Part shown: piece after piece, positions 38,367 through 54,995 of the stretch | Layout of the letters: each line of letters starts with the position of its first letter | Position numbering within the stretch: position 1 is the stretch's first letter | NCBI RefSeq assembly: GCF_006345805.1 | Contig: NC_042998.1 | Coordinates: 173,166,001-173,230,000 of the forward strand | DNA: 64,000 nt | Direction of reading: 5' to 3' | Source of the DNA: Octopus sinensis | Taxonomy: Eukaryota | The notes under the pieces: model-generated | What the model saw: only the letters and a program-made list of their open reading frames with translations | What the model was told of the DNA's origin: nothing | Database searches by the model: none | Position numbers and translations under genes: made by a program

Positions 38367-39790
38367 AGACCACCTACCAAACCCAATTAATGAAGAGGCA
38401 ATATTGGTTTCCTTCGATTTTATCAATCTTTACACCAACATCCTACATGTCTATGGAATAAAGGCAATCAAATTCTTGTTGAAAAAAGAACCCCCGAAGT
38501 AGCCCCGGAATGCATAAATCAGATCTTTATTATTGAATCTTAAAATTTATACTTCAGAACAATTATTTCCTATTTGATGACACATACTATCGTCATAAAT
38601 GCGGAATTGCGATGGGAAAGAAAGGAGCCCCTGTTCTTGCGAACCTGATAATGGGTTTTTTGAATTCGTCATATATGAAGTGTCACTTCAAAAATATTGT
38701 TATCCATTTCACCATTGCATAAGAGAAAGCTGGAAAAGAAACATGGATGACTGTTTTATCATTTGGAAGGAGACCACTGACAAACATTTGGACTTAAAAT
38801 CAACACTAAATGATATAATATTCAATTCACAATGGGATATAACAAAGAACAGCTCCCAGTTTTGGATATCAGAATAAAAAAAGTCAACAACCAAATTATA
38901 ACAAATTATAAACCAACGGACTCGAAACAATATCTCCTATTTAGTTTATGCCACCCGAAACACATCAAAATAAGTATTCCCTTTAATTTGGCAAAAAAGA
39001 TTTGCACAATAGAGTCTGATAGAACTACTCAGGACCTTCGTCTTCAAGACCTCAAAACAACACTTACTGAAAGACAATATCCATCCTCACTTATAGACGA
39101 TGGCATTAAGCTTATACCAAGAAATTAGACATAAAAACACCAAGAACAACATAGCATAACACCACATCTCATCTCAAAACACTACTGTATGTATCAACCC
39201 TCAACCCTAGAAACAATGAGGCATACAAAACTATTGTGCAAAATCTCCCAAAAAGAGACCCAAAAATGAACAACATCCTGAAAACACATAAACTCACCAA
39301 AAGCAAAATTCAACAAAATCGCTAAAGAGACTTCTAACAAATGCAAAGCTTTACACAACAACCACGAAGCCAACGGTTAAAAACTGTGAACGCCCAAACT
39401 GTGGAACATGCCTCAACCTATTTGAAGGCTGAGATTCTTTTTCAAATAAGGAGAGAGGTTCACACTAAAACCAACTTCACTTGTGCCTCTGAGAACCTAA
39501 TTTACGTAATAACCTGTTCAGGTTGTGGAGATCACTACATATGATAGTGGAGTATGACTCTGAGATGGAGAACTACTATACATAAAGAGCAGATCTAGTT
39601 CCCGCAAAACTGACAAATTCCTTTAATTGAACACATAGAAAAATGTGCAGGTAACATCAAACGATATTTCACAGTTTTCCGTTTCTACCAGTACAAAGAT
39701 AGAATTTATTTAAAAGAACGTTAAAATAAAGAAAAATTTTTCATCGAAAAATACAGAACACGTCTAAATATGCACGCATAACCAAGTTTG
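38367..39790 (+). mobile_element. Older decayed copy of the 21-27 kb PLE family (RT to GIY-YIG)
   Basis: ILVSFDFINLYTNI, WKRNMDDCFIIW, YKPTDSKQYL..CHPKH and NFTCASENLIYVITCSGCGDHYI. Confidence 0.88.
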
Positions 39791-39903
39791 ATCTCTTTAC
39801 ATATTTTAATTGACGATTATATACCCATCACTGTACATATTACTCCCCACTAATCTAGTTTTCGAATTTTTGTGCATATACATACATACAAGCATACATA
39901 CAT

Positions 39904-39974
<71 letters not shown>

Positions 39975-40234
39975 CAACTATAAGCTGAACAGTTATCTCC
40001 CCTGCGTACAATAATAAGGGGAACCCCCTTAGATTTTTCTAATTGTTGAATCATTTACTCATAAATATCATACACAACATGGACCCCAAAAGTTTCTTTT
40101 TAAGCAGATAATACTTATCTAAAAAAAATTAATATCATGAATAGCGAAAGCGAAATCGGTCGACAAACACAATACAAGATATATTAAAATTTATATTAAA
40201 ATCATGTAAAGTGTGTGCATTACCTTCTTTAATT

Positions 40235-40266
<32 letters not shown>

Positions 40267-40269
<3 letters not shown>

Positions 40270-41066
40270 ATTAATATAGATAAAATTTTTTTCGGGAAAA
40301 ATTTTTTATCAATGGCCAGCATATCAAAAAATGCCTTTAAAAGTAAAATTTATACATAATTTACAAGATAAGGGCAGAAGAAAAATTCTAATGCCAAATA
40401 TGCCGAAACAAAAAATTGTCGATAACCATTATAATTTATGCGTCTCGAAACAAACCGATAGAAATCTCTAAAAAATTCGTTATTACCGTATTGGTCCAAT
40501 TTCGGGGTTAATTCATAATAAATTTTCCCCTCTTCAGCGGCAAATATGCGAGATATAAATGAAATACTTACTCATACCCATGGAAAAAGCAAGTACTAAG
40601 TCCCGAGCAGACTTAAGTACCCCAAATATATCCAAAATAGAAAAATCTTCGGCGCACCTCGAGACGAGTGTGATTCGAACTAGAAACTTTCACAGAGTGA
40701 TAGAATCCGGAAGTGAACACTAATCTATTTATAATTAATATAAGATAAAATTTTTTCGGGAAAAAATTTTATCAATGGCCAGCATATCAAAAAATGCCTT
40801 TAAAGGTAAAATTTATACATAATTTATAAGATAAGGGCAGAAGAAAAATTCTAATGCCAAATATGCCGAAACAAAAAATTGTCGACAACCATTATAATTT
40901 ATGCGTCTCGAAACAAACCGATAGAGACCAATACGGTAATAACGAATTTTTTTTAGAGATTTCTATCGGTTTGTTCCGAGACGCATAAATTATAATGGTT
41001 ATCGACAATTTTTTGTTTCGGCATATTTGGCATTAGAATTTTTCTTCTGCCCTTATCTTGTAAATT
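40267..41066. repeat. Tandem-plus-inverted repeat complex
   Basis: Unit at 40267-40494, direct copy at 40731-40927, inverted copy at 40928-41066. Confidence 0.9.
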
Positions 41067-41074
41067 ATATATAT

Positions 41075-41120
<46 letters not shown>

Positions 41121-42259
41121 TTGTTCTAAAGTGTAAATTTATTCAGTACGTTGTTTCCTTTAAGAAATAACACTCATCCAGAAGACAACACCTAAAAGCT
41201 GCAAAACTTGGAGTCAACTTTATTTATCATTAGAATCCAAATAAACTTCTGCTGCTTATATATGAGAAGATGTGACGAAATATTTTAAACTACCAACAGG
41301 TTTTCTTTTCAAAAACTTTCGATGTGATGCTACCAGTTGTCTGAGACTTGCTCAATATACTCAGAGTTTTGTCGAAGATTCATCGCGTATCATTTGCGTG
41401 TGAAGCATAAATGAAACATTGTATCCTACGTCCGAGTAGAGTGAACAGTAGAAGTAGTTATTTTTCTAAACTTACAAAGGCACAGATTTTTAGAAGTGGC
41501 AATTTGCGCTTCCTTGAGTTTCGAAAGTACTCGTTTTTATCAATACCACTGAAGCCAATACATCACTGGTTTCAGTCTTAATAACCCAGGAGGTATGAAG
41601 GGAACAGTTGCCCTTCATGTTATTTGAACTAAAGACGTAATGAATGTACTGCCATGACTCCCAGAATTCATAGGGCCCCATACTTGGTTTCCACGACGTG
41701 TAAGTAGCAGAGATCTTAACATTCCCTCTGAACAGGACACCAGTCCATCGAAGGCTTATGCATTTACGGCTAAGTGAACTGAATGTGAAATAATGTGTTT
41801 TTCGCAAGAACAGAACGTCCTATCCGGTATGGGAATCGAAACCACGAACTTGCGTGCAACACATTAACCACTAGACAACGCCTTCATCAAACCGAAATGA
41901 GCTGAAAGAAATAATGCAAATAATTTTTCCGACACTCTCACGATTCTGGCAGCGAAATTACTATAGCGTGGCAGGTGTATAACTCGAAGCTATCTCCGCG
42001 AATTTTTAGCTAATTTTCTTAAATTTCCTGCCCACCTTGAAACGTAGCACCAACAGACATGATGCTCGTTTATTTCCATCACTGTCTCCAAACACGCCAC
42101 TTTGATCATTATCAACAAGATACAGCGACAGCAACTTAAGGTTATATACATTTCTATGTTGGCGTGTACGTATGTGTGTATATACGAATTGCACGAATAT
42201 ACACGTGCAATATACGTATATATATATGGATATATTCACACACACATAGTTATATGCAT

Positions 42260-42329
<70 letters not shown>

Positions 42330-42332
42330 AGT

Positions 42333-42657
42333 ATTTACGTAATAAGATAAAAAACCAAGGCTGTGTAGATATTAAAGCATTTATACATAGGTCTTACAGC
42401 TGTTTCTAGGATATTTATAAATTATATCCCTTCTATCTGTAAGACCTTCTGTCTATAAATGCTCTAATATCTACACACCCTAGGTTTTTTATCTTATTAC
42501 GCAAAAAATTCTTATATACACACGCCGACAAAGAACCAACGTTGAACCCTTTATTCGTAAAATTACCGAATCTGGAACTTAACTATGGCCTGTCTATAGA
42601 ACTTACTCAGCATTACCTGGCACCTTTGTGTCTCAATGACACAATTATCTCTTATAT
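42333..42657. mobile_element. Fold-back element; second copy at 63750-64000
   Basis: ~65-bp inverted arms around a ~37-bp centre. The long arm ends in atctcttata and matches 63750 onward. Confidence 0.8.
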
Positions 42658-43179
42658 ATATATATATCCATACATACATTCAGACAGACATAATATTTTC
42701 ATACATACATACGTATTTTCATCCATACACCCATACATACACACATATATACTACATACATGTTTTCATATATACATGCAAACGTACATAATATTTCCAT
42801 GTACATACATACATATATAATACATACGTACATACATACATACATACATACATACATACATACATACATACATACATACATACATACATGCATAAATGAA
42901 GAGTCAACCGCTACATACCAAATAGTATATCTTGTAAATATTTCCACCATTTCTCTCAGCAGCATATTCAGAAAGTGACAACTGGAGAGGGGCAGAGCTG
43001 CACCCAGCAATCGTCTGGCACTTATTTTAAGCTCAGTAGATTGCAGTAAGTTGGGATGAAAGGCGGAATGCGTCGTCTCCTCGCGAAATTGAAACCCCGG
43101 AAAAATGAGCCGAATACACTATCTACTTGTCCATGCCGAATACACTATCTACTAGACCATGCCCTTTCACTAATTACTT

Positions 43180-44620
43180 GTGTAAACTTAAACATCAGAG
43201 CAGGTAAGGAAACCTGCAATTCTCGGGTTCCTCAACTATGCCCGCTTGGAATCTTCTGTCAACGAAAAATGTAATCTACAATTGTCATGTTATAACACCA
43301 CGCTCCCACAAAGCAAGGGTCTATATCGGCGGCATTGTTGTTTTCAAGCGCCGCTACCGTTTAGTGACGAACCCTTTCTCCAATCCAAATTTTAAATTAC
43401 CAACCTCCTTAACAACTTATGTAACGCAACCTTAAATCTCAAAATATTCATATACCCTATCCTGGTCCATAGTAAGTGACCCCCCCCATACGACACAAAG
43501 ATCGGCATGTAAAAATCATGTTTAAGAGCATTCTTAACAATTCTTCGCCTCCACGATCCCTCATTACTTAATAAATTCTCAGATGTAATATTGTCTTGTA
43601 CACACAAGTTCTACTCATCATTCACACATTTGATTAAATCTATGTAATCCTATAAATATAAGTATGCATACTCTTAATTACCCTTGAACTAAGACAAGTT
43701 CGGCCTAGCAACCCACTACCTCAACAAATACTACCCTCATTATTAAACTATTCTTTCTCATACGTACCACTCGAAATTCTTTTAAACCATTACTTCCCAC
43801 TTCCCTCATAACCCTCCCACTCTCTTAAGTAGTTTCCTCTCATTTCTCCTCCTTACCAAAAGTACTTAATATTACACCGAATATTACCCCACTCTTTTGG
43901 ATACTAACCTGTCAACCTCTACCCCCTCCCTATTCACTTCCCTTTATTAAATTTCATACACCTCTGCATACACATGTACTCACCCTCCAGACCCAACTCA
44001 AATTCATTATCACACTAACCACTGCTATATCGACTACCAACACAGACCCCACTTTGTCCATCCCCTCTATTCCCTCTCATACCTCTCTACATACCTTAGT
44101 CATCTCCTTCAGCCACTGAACTAGTCGCCTTACTTCCCTCAAATAATGGCCGTTCCCTTTTCTCACTGCCAAGCATTAATTCTATAGCTTTCATACAAAC
44201 CTATTACAATATACCACCTCTCACATACTACCTACCCCACACTCCTCTCATCCTCCTACTTTCCACCTCTAATACTACTACTCCCTACTGGCCTCTTTAT
44301 TAACTCCTCACTTGTGAACTATATTTTCTACTCACACTATTCCCTACCTTAATATCTCCTCCTCATTTCCGCCCTCTAATACACTTAGCTCTCCACTTTG
44401 AATCATCCCATCTTTGAACTTTTCTCCTTTAACATCTCAAATGCAAGATCTCTTCCCTGAAGACAGAGGCTCATCTCATCCTATGATGGAATCAATCTAC
44501 AAGCATTATTATGGGCCACTGAGCCCCCAGAAACAGCTGTTAGATTTTTTATTCTTTTCCTTCGCCTCTTTAATTCTGTATATCATTTGTACTCTGCATC
44601 AGTTGGACCATTTTATATGT
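43180..44620 (+). mobile_element. Second PLE lineage: C-terminal GIY-YIG remnant plus 3' UTR/pLTR
   Basis: CN(S)RVPQLCPLGIFC, NVIYNCHV...VYIGG..FKRRY and PYD..GM*KSCL...LLNKFSDVILSCTHK, followed by a pyrimidine-rich UTR and a hammerhead-like motif. Confidence 0.75.
44452..44545 (+). ncRNA. Degenerate hammerhead-like motif with a long stem II insert
   Basis: CTGAAGA-caga-GGCTCA-(44 nt)-TGAGCC-ccca-GAA-ACAGCTGT-T-ag. Confidence 0.45.
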
Positions 44621-44663
44621 ATACATATGTACATTTTTTGTATTGCATGTATTTAATATACAT

Positions 44664-44725
<62 letters not shown>

Positions 44726-45279
44726 CATATATATATATATACATTTATACATTTAGGCATATGTATGAATATATGTATTAATCCTTCTTTGTCTGTGTAT
44801 ATATATATATATAATATATATATATACATACACACACATACACACACACACACATATATATATACATACATACATACATACATACATACATACATACATA
44901 CATACATACATACTACATACATACATGTATGCATGTATGTATATCTATAATACATTAAATGTCAATTTGAATCTTGCTTGCTTGTAATGTTACTCAGCTA
45001 AGCTGGCGCATAACGGGAAAATACTCCGAAAATAATCTTCATCCTGAAAGGTAAGAAACTCTTATCTTTCTATTTGACTGAGTTGACAACGAAACAATTC
45101 TTTGTTTCATAGTAAATGTTTCTATTGTCGCTTTTGTTAAACACAATATTGTAACCATTTAGAAATATTTTTAAGTGAATGTGATTTCAAAAATGTAAGT
45201 TGATTCATAGAGTAAGTATTTATATTTTAGCTTTCATTAAACAAAGAATATTTTAATGCATTTTTAAAAATTACTTTCA

Positions 45280-45661
45280 AGTGAATACCATTAGAAAAAT
45301 TATTTTTGGCATATATGGAAAATGTTGTAAAGTGAAAATGACTTTAAAAATACAGTATTCCGTCAAATACCCGTTCGTAACGTCAGTGCATTCAACGTAT
45401 CGCACCTCCAAATATTTGGCTGCCAATTCTAGTACGCCCTACTACCACGTAACAGCTTTTTGTGATAAAGGACCGGAAATACCTGTCACGTGATAGCAGG
45501 GCGTGCAAGAACTAGCACCCAAATCTTTACACGTGATTTCAATGTCAAGTTCCTTGAAAGCATACGAAATAACCTGGAAAAGAAAAAGAAATCCACGAAA
45601 CAAAACTCCGTTGCTGGAAAACTCAGTTTCCCGGTGACCCAACGGGTCACGGGTGCTCTAG
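45280..45661 (+). mobile_element. Helitron-type 3' end (5' boundary not defined)
   Basis: GC-rich hairpin gtgaccc-aac-gggtcac followed 7 nt later by CTAG|T at 45658-45662. Confidence 0.7.
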
Positions 45662-45666
45662 TCTAG

Positions 45667-45734
<68 letters not shown>

Positions 45735-46559
45735 TGTATGTGTGTGTGCCTACCTATATTAATATATGCGCGAACAACCTATAGTAAACATAATTTTTGT
45801 TATATTTACCTTACATGTACTTGGCTATCATCAACACCTAACTCTTTTCAAGTCGCAACATTTTACCTTGAAAATGTATACATAGTACAATACATTTTCT
45901 AGGAAGAATGAAAAGAAAAACCCGATGGAATTGTGTTAACTTGAATGCCTTTACTAGAGGCTTGTTTAATTAGACATGACCGGGTTATAAGGAACAATAA
46001 CGACACCGACAGCAAAAACTACCACATCAACACAACAAATTTATATCGAAGTATTCTAAACAGCTATCACCGTTGCAACATCATTACTTGTCTGCGCAGC
46101 AGTGTGTATTTAAAGTTAGAATATATGATAATTACATTCCAATATTTTGTGAGAATGTATTAACTTCTTGTTTTGAAGGAGAAGGTCAGACAAGATTATG
46201 CAATGCTGATGAAGCCAAATTAAGGCCGAAAAGCAATGCCCATAGCAGTCTCCCTTTTCCATAACAAAGACTGCAAACTAATTAAATTTTGAATTTATTC
46301 TAAATTTCTTGAAATTATCTCCTCTTGTCAATCAGAGTTGCTAAAACTTGCCTCTAGGTTTTTGGTTTCCTTCTCTGTCAGGTAAAGAAATTTAAAAATA
46401 AATTAGGTATTTATTTTCAATTATGCAAATTACTGTTAGCTACAATTGTATTATTCTCTTTGTGTATTTCCTAAATTATTTAAAACTAATAGGAAACAAG
46501 ATAAAACACTTCTATGCTGCTATGGCCAAATCGAAACTAAAGTAGGGTTACAGTTCTAT

Positions 46560-46730
46560 ACATAAGAGATGAGGAATTATGTACATTATTTACATTATTC
46601 ACATTTGACGGGTATTTGTCCTCATCTTGTTTGTTGTTAACACAGCGTTTCATCTGATATACCCTACAGCCTTTATCATGTGTCTTGGGGAAATTTCGAA
46701 CCTGGTTTCTCATTCCTAAGGTATGTTTCG
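46560..46730 (-). mobile_element. Short PLE pLTR-like fragment with a fossil hammerhead at 46639-46684
   Basis: gacac-ATGATAA-A-GGCTG-tagggtatat-CAGAT-GAA-ACGC-T-gtgtt. Confidence 0.5.
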
Positions 46731-46743
46731 ATATTATTATTAT

Positions 46744-49737
46744 TGTTCTGTAGTTTTATTTTTATAGCGTGCTTTCACTTCACTACCGAGCGCAGCTCTG
46801 TGTGCCTTAGGTATGTGCTGTGATTTGTTGTGATGCTCTGATGGTTATTGTATGGAAAGTGTTCTGCGTAGGATGTGTGCAGTGCCTAGTAGTGCAATTT
46901 TCTGTATGTTATATGTGTTTGTAAGTCCTGGTGTTTTTGTTATGTATTTGTCTGAATATTTTTTTATCATGCCTAATGCATCTACTATGATAGGAATTGT
47001 TTCTGCTTTTAGATTCCACATTCTGGTTACCTCTATTTCCAGGTCTTTGTATTTTGAGAGTTTCTCCATTTCTTTTAGAGACACGTTGTCATCTGCCGGT
47101 ATTGATACATCAATTAGAAAGCATTTTTTTTCTTCATGATCTCTGACAATTATATCTGGTCTGTTGGCCTTAATTCTCTATCTGTGTGTATCGGCATATC
47201 CCAGAGTATGGTTGCTTTCTCGTTTTCTGTGACCTTTTCTGGTGTGTGCCTATACCATCTTTTTTCTGTTGTTATTCCATAATGTTGGCATAGCTTCCAG
47301 TGTGTGTAGGTACCAACTCTGTCATGTCTGTGAATATATTCCTTCTTAACCAGGACTGGGCAGCCAGCGATAATATGATTTATTGTTTCTTGTCCATCTC
47401 CACATATTCTGCAGTTACTTGTTATATTTCTTTTCATTACATGTTTTTGGTAATTTCTGGTGGGGAGGCTTTGGTCTTGTGCTGCAATTAAAAATCCCTC
47501 TGTCTCTGCTTTGAGTCCTGAGCTTCTCAACCATTGCTGGGATTTTTCTTTGTCTATTTCTTTTGCATTTAGGTTAGTCCAGTATTTACCATGAATGGGC
47601 TTTTCTTGCCATCGTTTTATCATGGTTCGTTGCTGTTCTATTTTTAGTTTGGATTTCATTTGTTGTTTCTTCTTCTTCTTCTTCTTCTTCTTCTTCTTCT
47701 CTTCTTCTTCTTCTTCTTCTTCTTCTTCTTCTTCTTCTTCTTCTTCTTCTTCTTCTTCTTCTTCTTCTTCTTCTTCATATTTATTAGGTGGTATGATTTC
47801 TTGTTTGTATTTGTCAGCTTCCTTAAATTTTGAGAACAGTTTTTTTTGTTGCTCGTGTTTTGCCGCTATTTGTATCAGTTTTCCTTCCTTCTGAAGTAGA
47901 TATTTTTGCAGTCCTATGGTGGTTATCTTATAGTAGTTTTCCAGCTGTATAAGGCCTCTACCACCTTCTATACGTTGTATATATAGTCTTTCTATGTCAG
48001 ATTTTGATGATGCATCCTAGATCCTGTCATTATTTTCTTGTTTTCCTATCTATTTTGGTCAGTTCATTTAGTGTCCAGTTAAGGATATTGTAGCTGTAAC
48101 TTATAACTGGACAGCTAAAGTGTTAATATCTATTATCTTGTTTTTAGCATTGAGCTCTGTTTTTAGTATTGATCTAACTCGTCTATAATATTCTTTTTTT
48201 TATTTTCTCTTTCATTTGTGTGTTGTGTCTTATCTAGTTCATGGATTCCTAAGTATTTGTAAGTTTGGCTTTGGTCTAATTCTTTTATTTCATTGGTTTT
48301 ATCTAGTATGATGTTGCTACTCTTAACCAGTTTTCCTCTTTTCATGGTTACTTTGGCGCATTTTTCTAATCCAAATTTCATATCTATTTCTTTGGTAAAT
48401 CCATGAACTGTCTTTAATAGTGTTTCCAGCTGTTTGTCATTTGCAGCGTATAGTTTTAGGTCATCCATATATAAAAGGTGGCTGATCGTTTTGCCGTGAC
48501 ATTTATATCCGCATCCAGTTCTATTTAGCATATCAGATAGAGGTGACAGTGCCAAGCAGAAAAGGAGTGGAGAGAGCGTATCTCCCTGGAATATTCCTCT
48601 TCTAATGGGGATGGCTTTGGATTTCATGAGTCCCTCTTTTGTTTGGAGCTGTAGCACTTTCTGCCATTTATTCATAGTGTGCTCTGTGAATGTTATAGTT
48701 GTTGGTGCTACTTTGTTAATGGCTAGTGTTTCGAGGATCCATGTGTGGGGGGTGCTATCAAACGCCTTTTTGTAGTCGATCCAGGCCATACTGAGGTCTT
48801 TCTTCTTTGTGGCTGTCTTCAGTTATGGCTTTATTAATCATTAGTTGATCTTTACAGCCATATGAGCCTTTGCGGCATCCTTTCTGCTCTTCTGGAAACA
48901 GGTTGTTTTCGTCCAGGTGCTTGTTCAACCTTTGCGATATCACTGCAGTAAATGCCTTGTACATTGTAGGGAGACAGGTTATTGGTCTGTAGTTTTCTGG
49001 TTTTACTGTCTCATTTGATTTGGGAATTAAGATGGTTTTCCACTTCGTGAGCCATTCAGCATTGTCTCTGGCTCTGCTAGTATGTTGTTAAATTTTCAGC
49101 CAGCTTTTTATGCATTCCTGTTAGATATTTCAACCAGAAGTTGGGGTTCTTGTCATGCCCAGGTGCCTTCCAGTCTTTGCAGTGCCTGGGTGACCTCTTC
49201 AGTTGTTATGGGGGTCCAAAGTTGCTCAGATGCTGAGTTTGTTGTTTGTTTTTTGTTGTTCGTTCGCCGACCATATTTCTCTCCAGAATTCTTCAACTTC
49301 TTCTGCCGTTGGTGCTGCAGTGATTTCTATTTTATTTTTGCCAAGTTCTTGGTAGAACTTTTTGGGGTTGGAGTTGAACTTTTTGTTTTGTTCAAAGAAG
49401 CGTTGGAGTTTCTCGTACTGGCGGATCCTTTGTGCTTTGGCAAGGATATCTTGCTTCAGCTTTTCTTTTATCTCAGGTAAATCTTTTTCTGTGATGTTAT
49501 ATTTGCGGAGTATTTTTGTTTTCTTTTTGTTGCTCAGTAGCGTTTATTGTCTACTGATTTCATTAAGAATTGACAGATCTTTTCTCATTCTTTGTATTTT
49601 GTTTTGGATGTTATTTATCCACAGGGTTTGTTTGGGTGGTGGTACTCCTGTTTGGATGGGTTTGAGTGAGTATCCAGCTTCTTTTGTGGCTGCAGTGGCT
49701 GCTGCGTATACTAAGTCATTTAGCTTAGTGATATCGC

Positions 49738-49739
<2 letters not shown>
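46744..49739 (-). mobile_element. R4/Dong-like LINE, 5'-truncated (RT, CCHC, REL endonuclease)
   Basis: AWIDYKKAFDS, QGDTLSPLLF, HLLYMDDLKLY, CRICGDGQETINHIIAGC and RPD..D. (TAA)n lies at both ends. Confidence 0.92.
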
Positions 49740-49819
<80 letters not shown>

Positions 49820-50218
49820 TATGTTTGACTTTTGCTTTACATTTGTAGAAGCTGGCTCCAAATCTCACCCAGAGACCTCAAGAGACAACAAGTTGGAAGT
49901 TCATGTTGGTGTTATGCCTAGGGTACTGTATATTTGGTTTTGTACTTAGTGTTGTACTAGTGAATGTCTAAAAGACCATACGGAAATTATGTTTGTTTTA
50001 AAACTTGAGATTACATAGAAAGTATTTTGCGTAGGATATGGGCAGTTCCCATGAGCACTATCTTTTGAATTTCTGCCATTTTGGGGTTTCCTGGTATCTG
50101 AGTTAGGTAGCAATCAGCCCCTTTTGCTATCATTCCCAGGGCACTTATGACAACAGGTATTGACAGATACGTTTATATCGATTGGGACAGTCATATCAAT
50201 GAGGAGGCATGTTTTTTG

Positions 50219-50220
<2 letters not shown>
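49820..50220 (-). mobile_element. Short 3' fragment of another R4/Dong-like family
   Basis: CLLIDMTVP...ALGMI...IPGNPKMAEIQKIVLMGTAHILRKILSM*, with (TAA)n on both sides. Confidence 0.85.
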
Positions 50221-50280
<60 letters not shown>

Positions 50281-50835
50281 GAGTGAGAGAGCAGTTCATG
50301 CCATCAAAGTGACACTGGGGTAAAATGTATGAAGCCCAATATACCCATCATGACTACCCGTCTGATAAGGGTACACCAGGCACATGCATCACAACTATAT
50401 GTGCGCGACATGGTGATCTCATATCAAGATAAACAGCGCATCACCTTGCAGGTGGGGCCCAATTAGAATTTTCTTCAGGTTGAGTAGCCCATCCCGCTCA
50501 AAAGATCCCTGAATAAGAGTTGTTTAAGGATGTTGAAAGAACCACCCATGTTCCAGAGGTGAATTATTCAAACCCCAAAGAATCCCTCTCAACACATGGC
50601 TATGAGGCTCCCCCACTACTCTGCTCGTGATCAGAGATGCACATATCGTCAGCCATAAGGGACATGCTCAACTGGTTAAGGTCAAACAACTGACAAGCAA
50701 ATCTGTGGTATTTGAGCAGAATATTTGCTGTAGCCCATCTTTTATACCAAGACAAAACAATGTACATGATAACACTTCCAATCAGTTAAGATCAAAAACC
50801 ATGAGAGCTACTGCCTGGAACTGCATCAGGGCATC
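50281..50835. mobile_element. ~550-bp apparently non-coding repeat embedded in (TAA)n; partial copy at ~13425-13565
   Basis: Shared gagagagcag..catgccatcaaagtgacac..ctgataagggtacaccag sequence. No recognisable protein motif. Confidence 0.7.
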
Positions 50836-50840
50836 TTCCT

Positions 50841-50918
<78 letters not shown>

Positions 50919-50939
50919 TATTATTATTATTATTATTAC

Positions 50940-54995
<4,056 letters not shown>

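Noticed and set aside
40372-40425. CAGAAGA...GAAAC-aaaaaatt-GTC hammerhead-like string
   Set aside because: No credible stem I or stem II.
50775-50835. Short similarity to U2 snRNA (cctggaactgca, atcagtt)
   Set aside because: Only ~10-12 nt matches, in non-colinear spacing. Likely chance.
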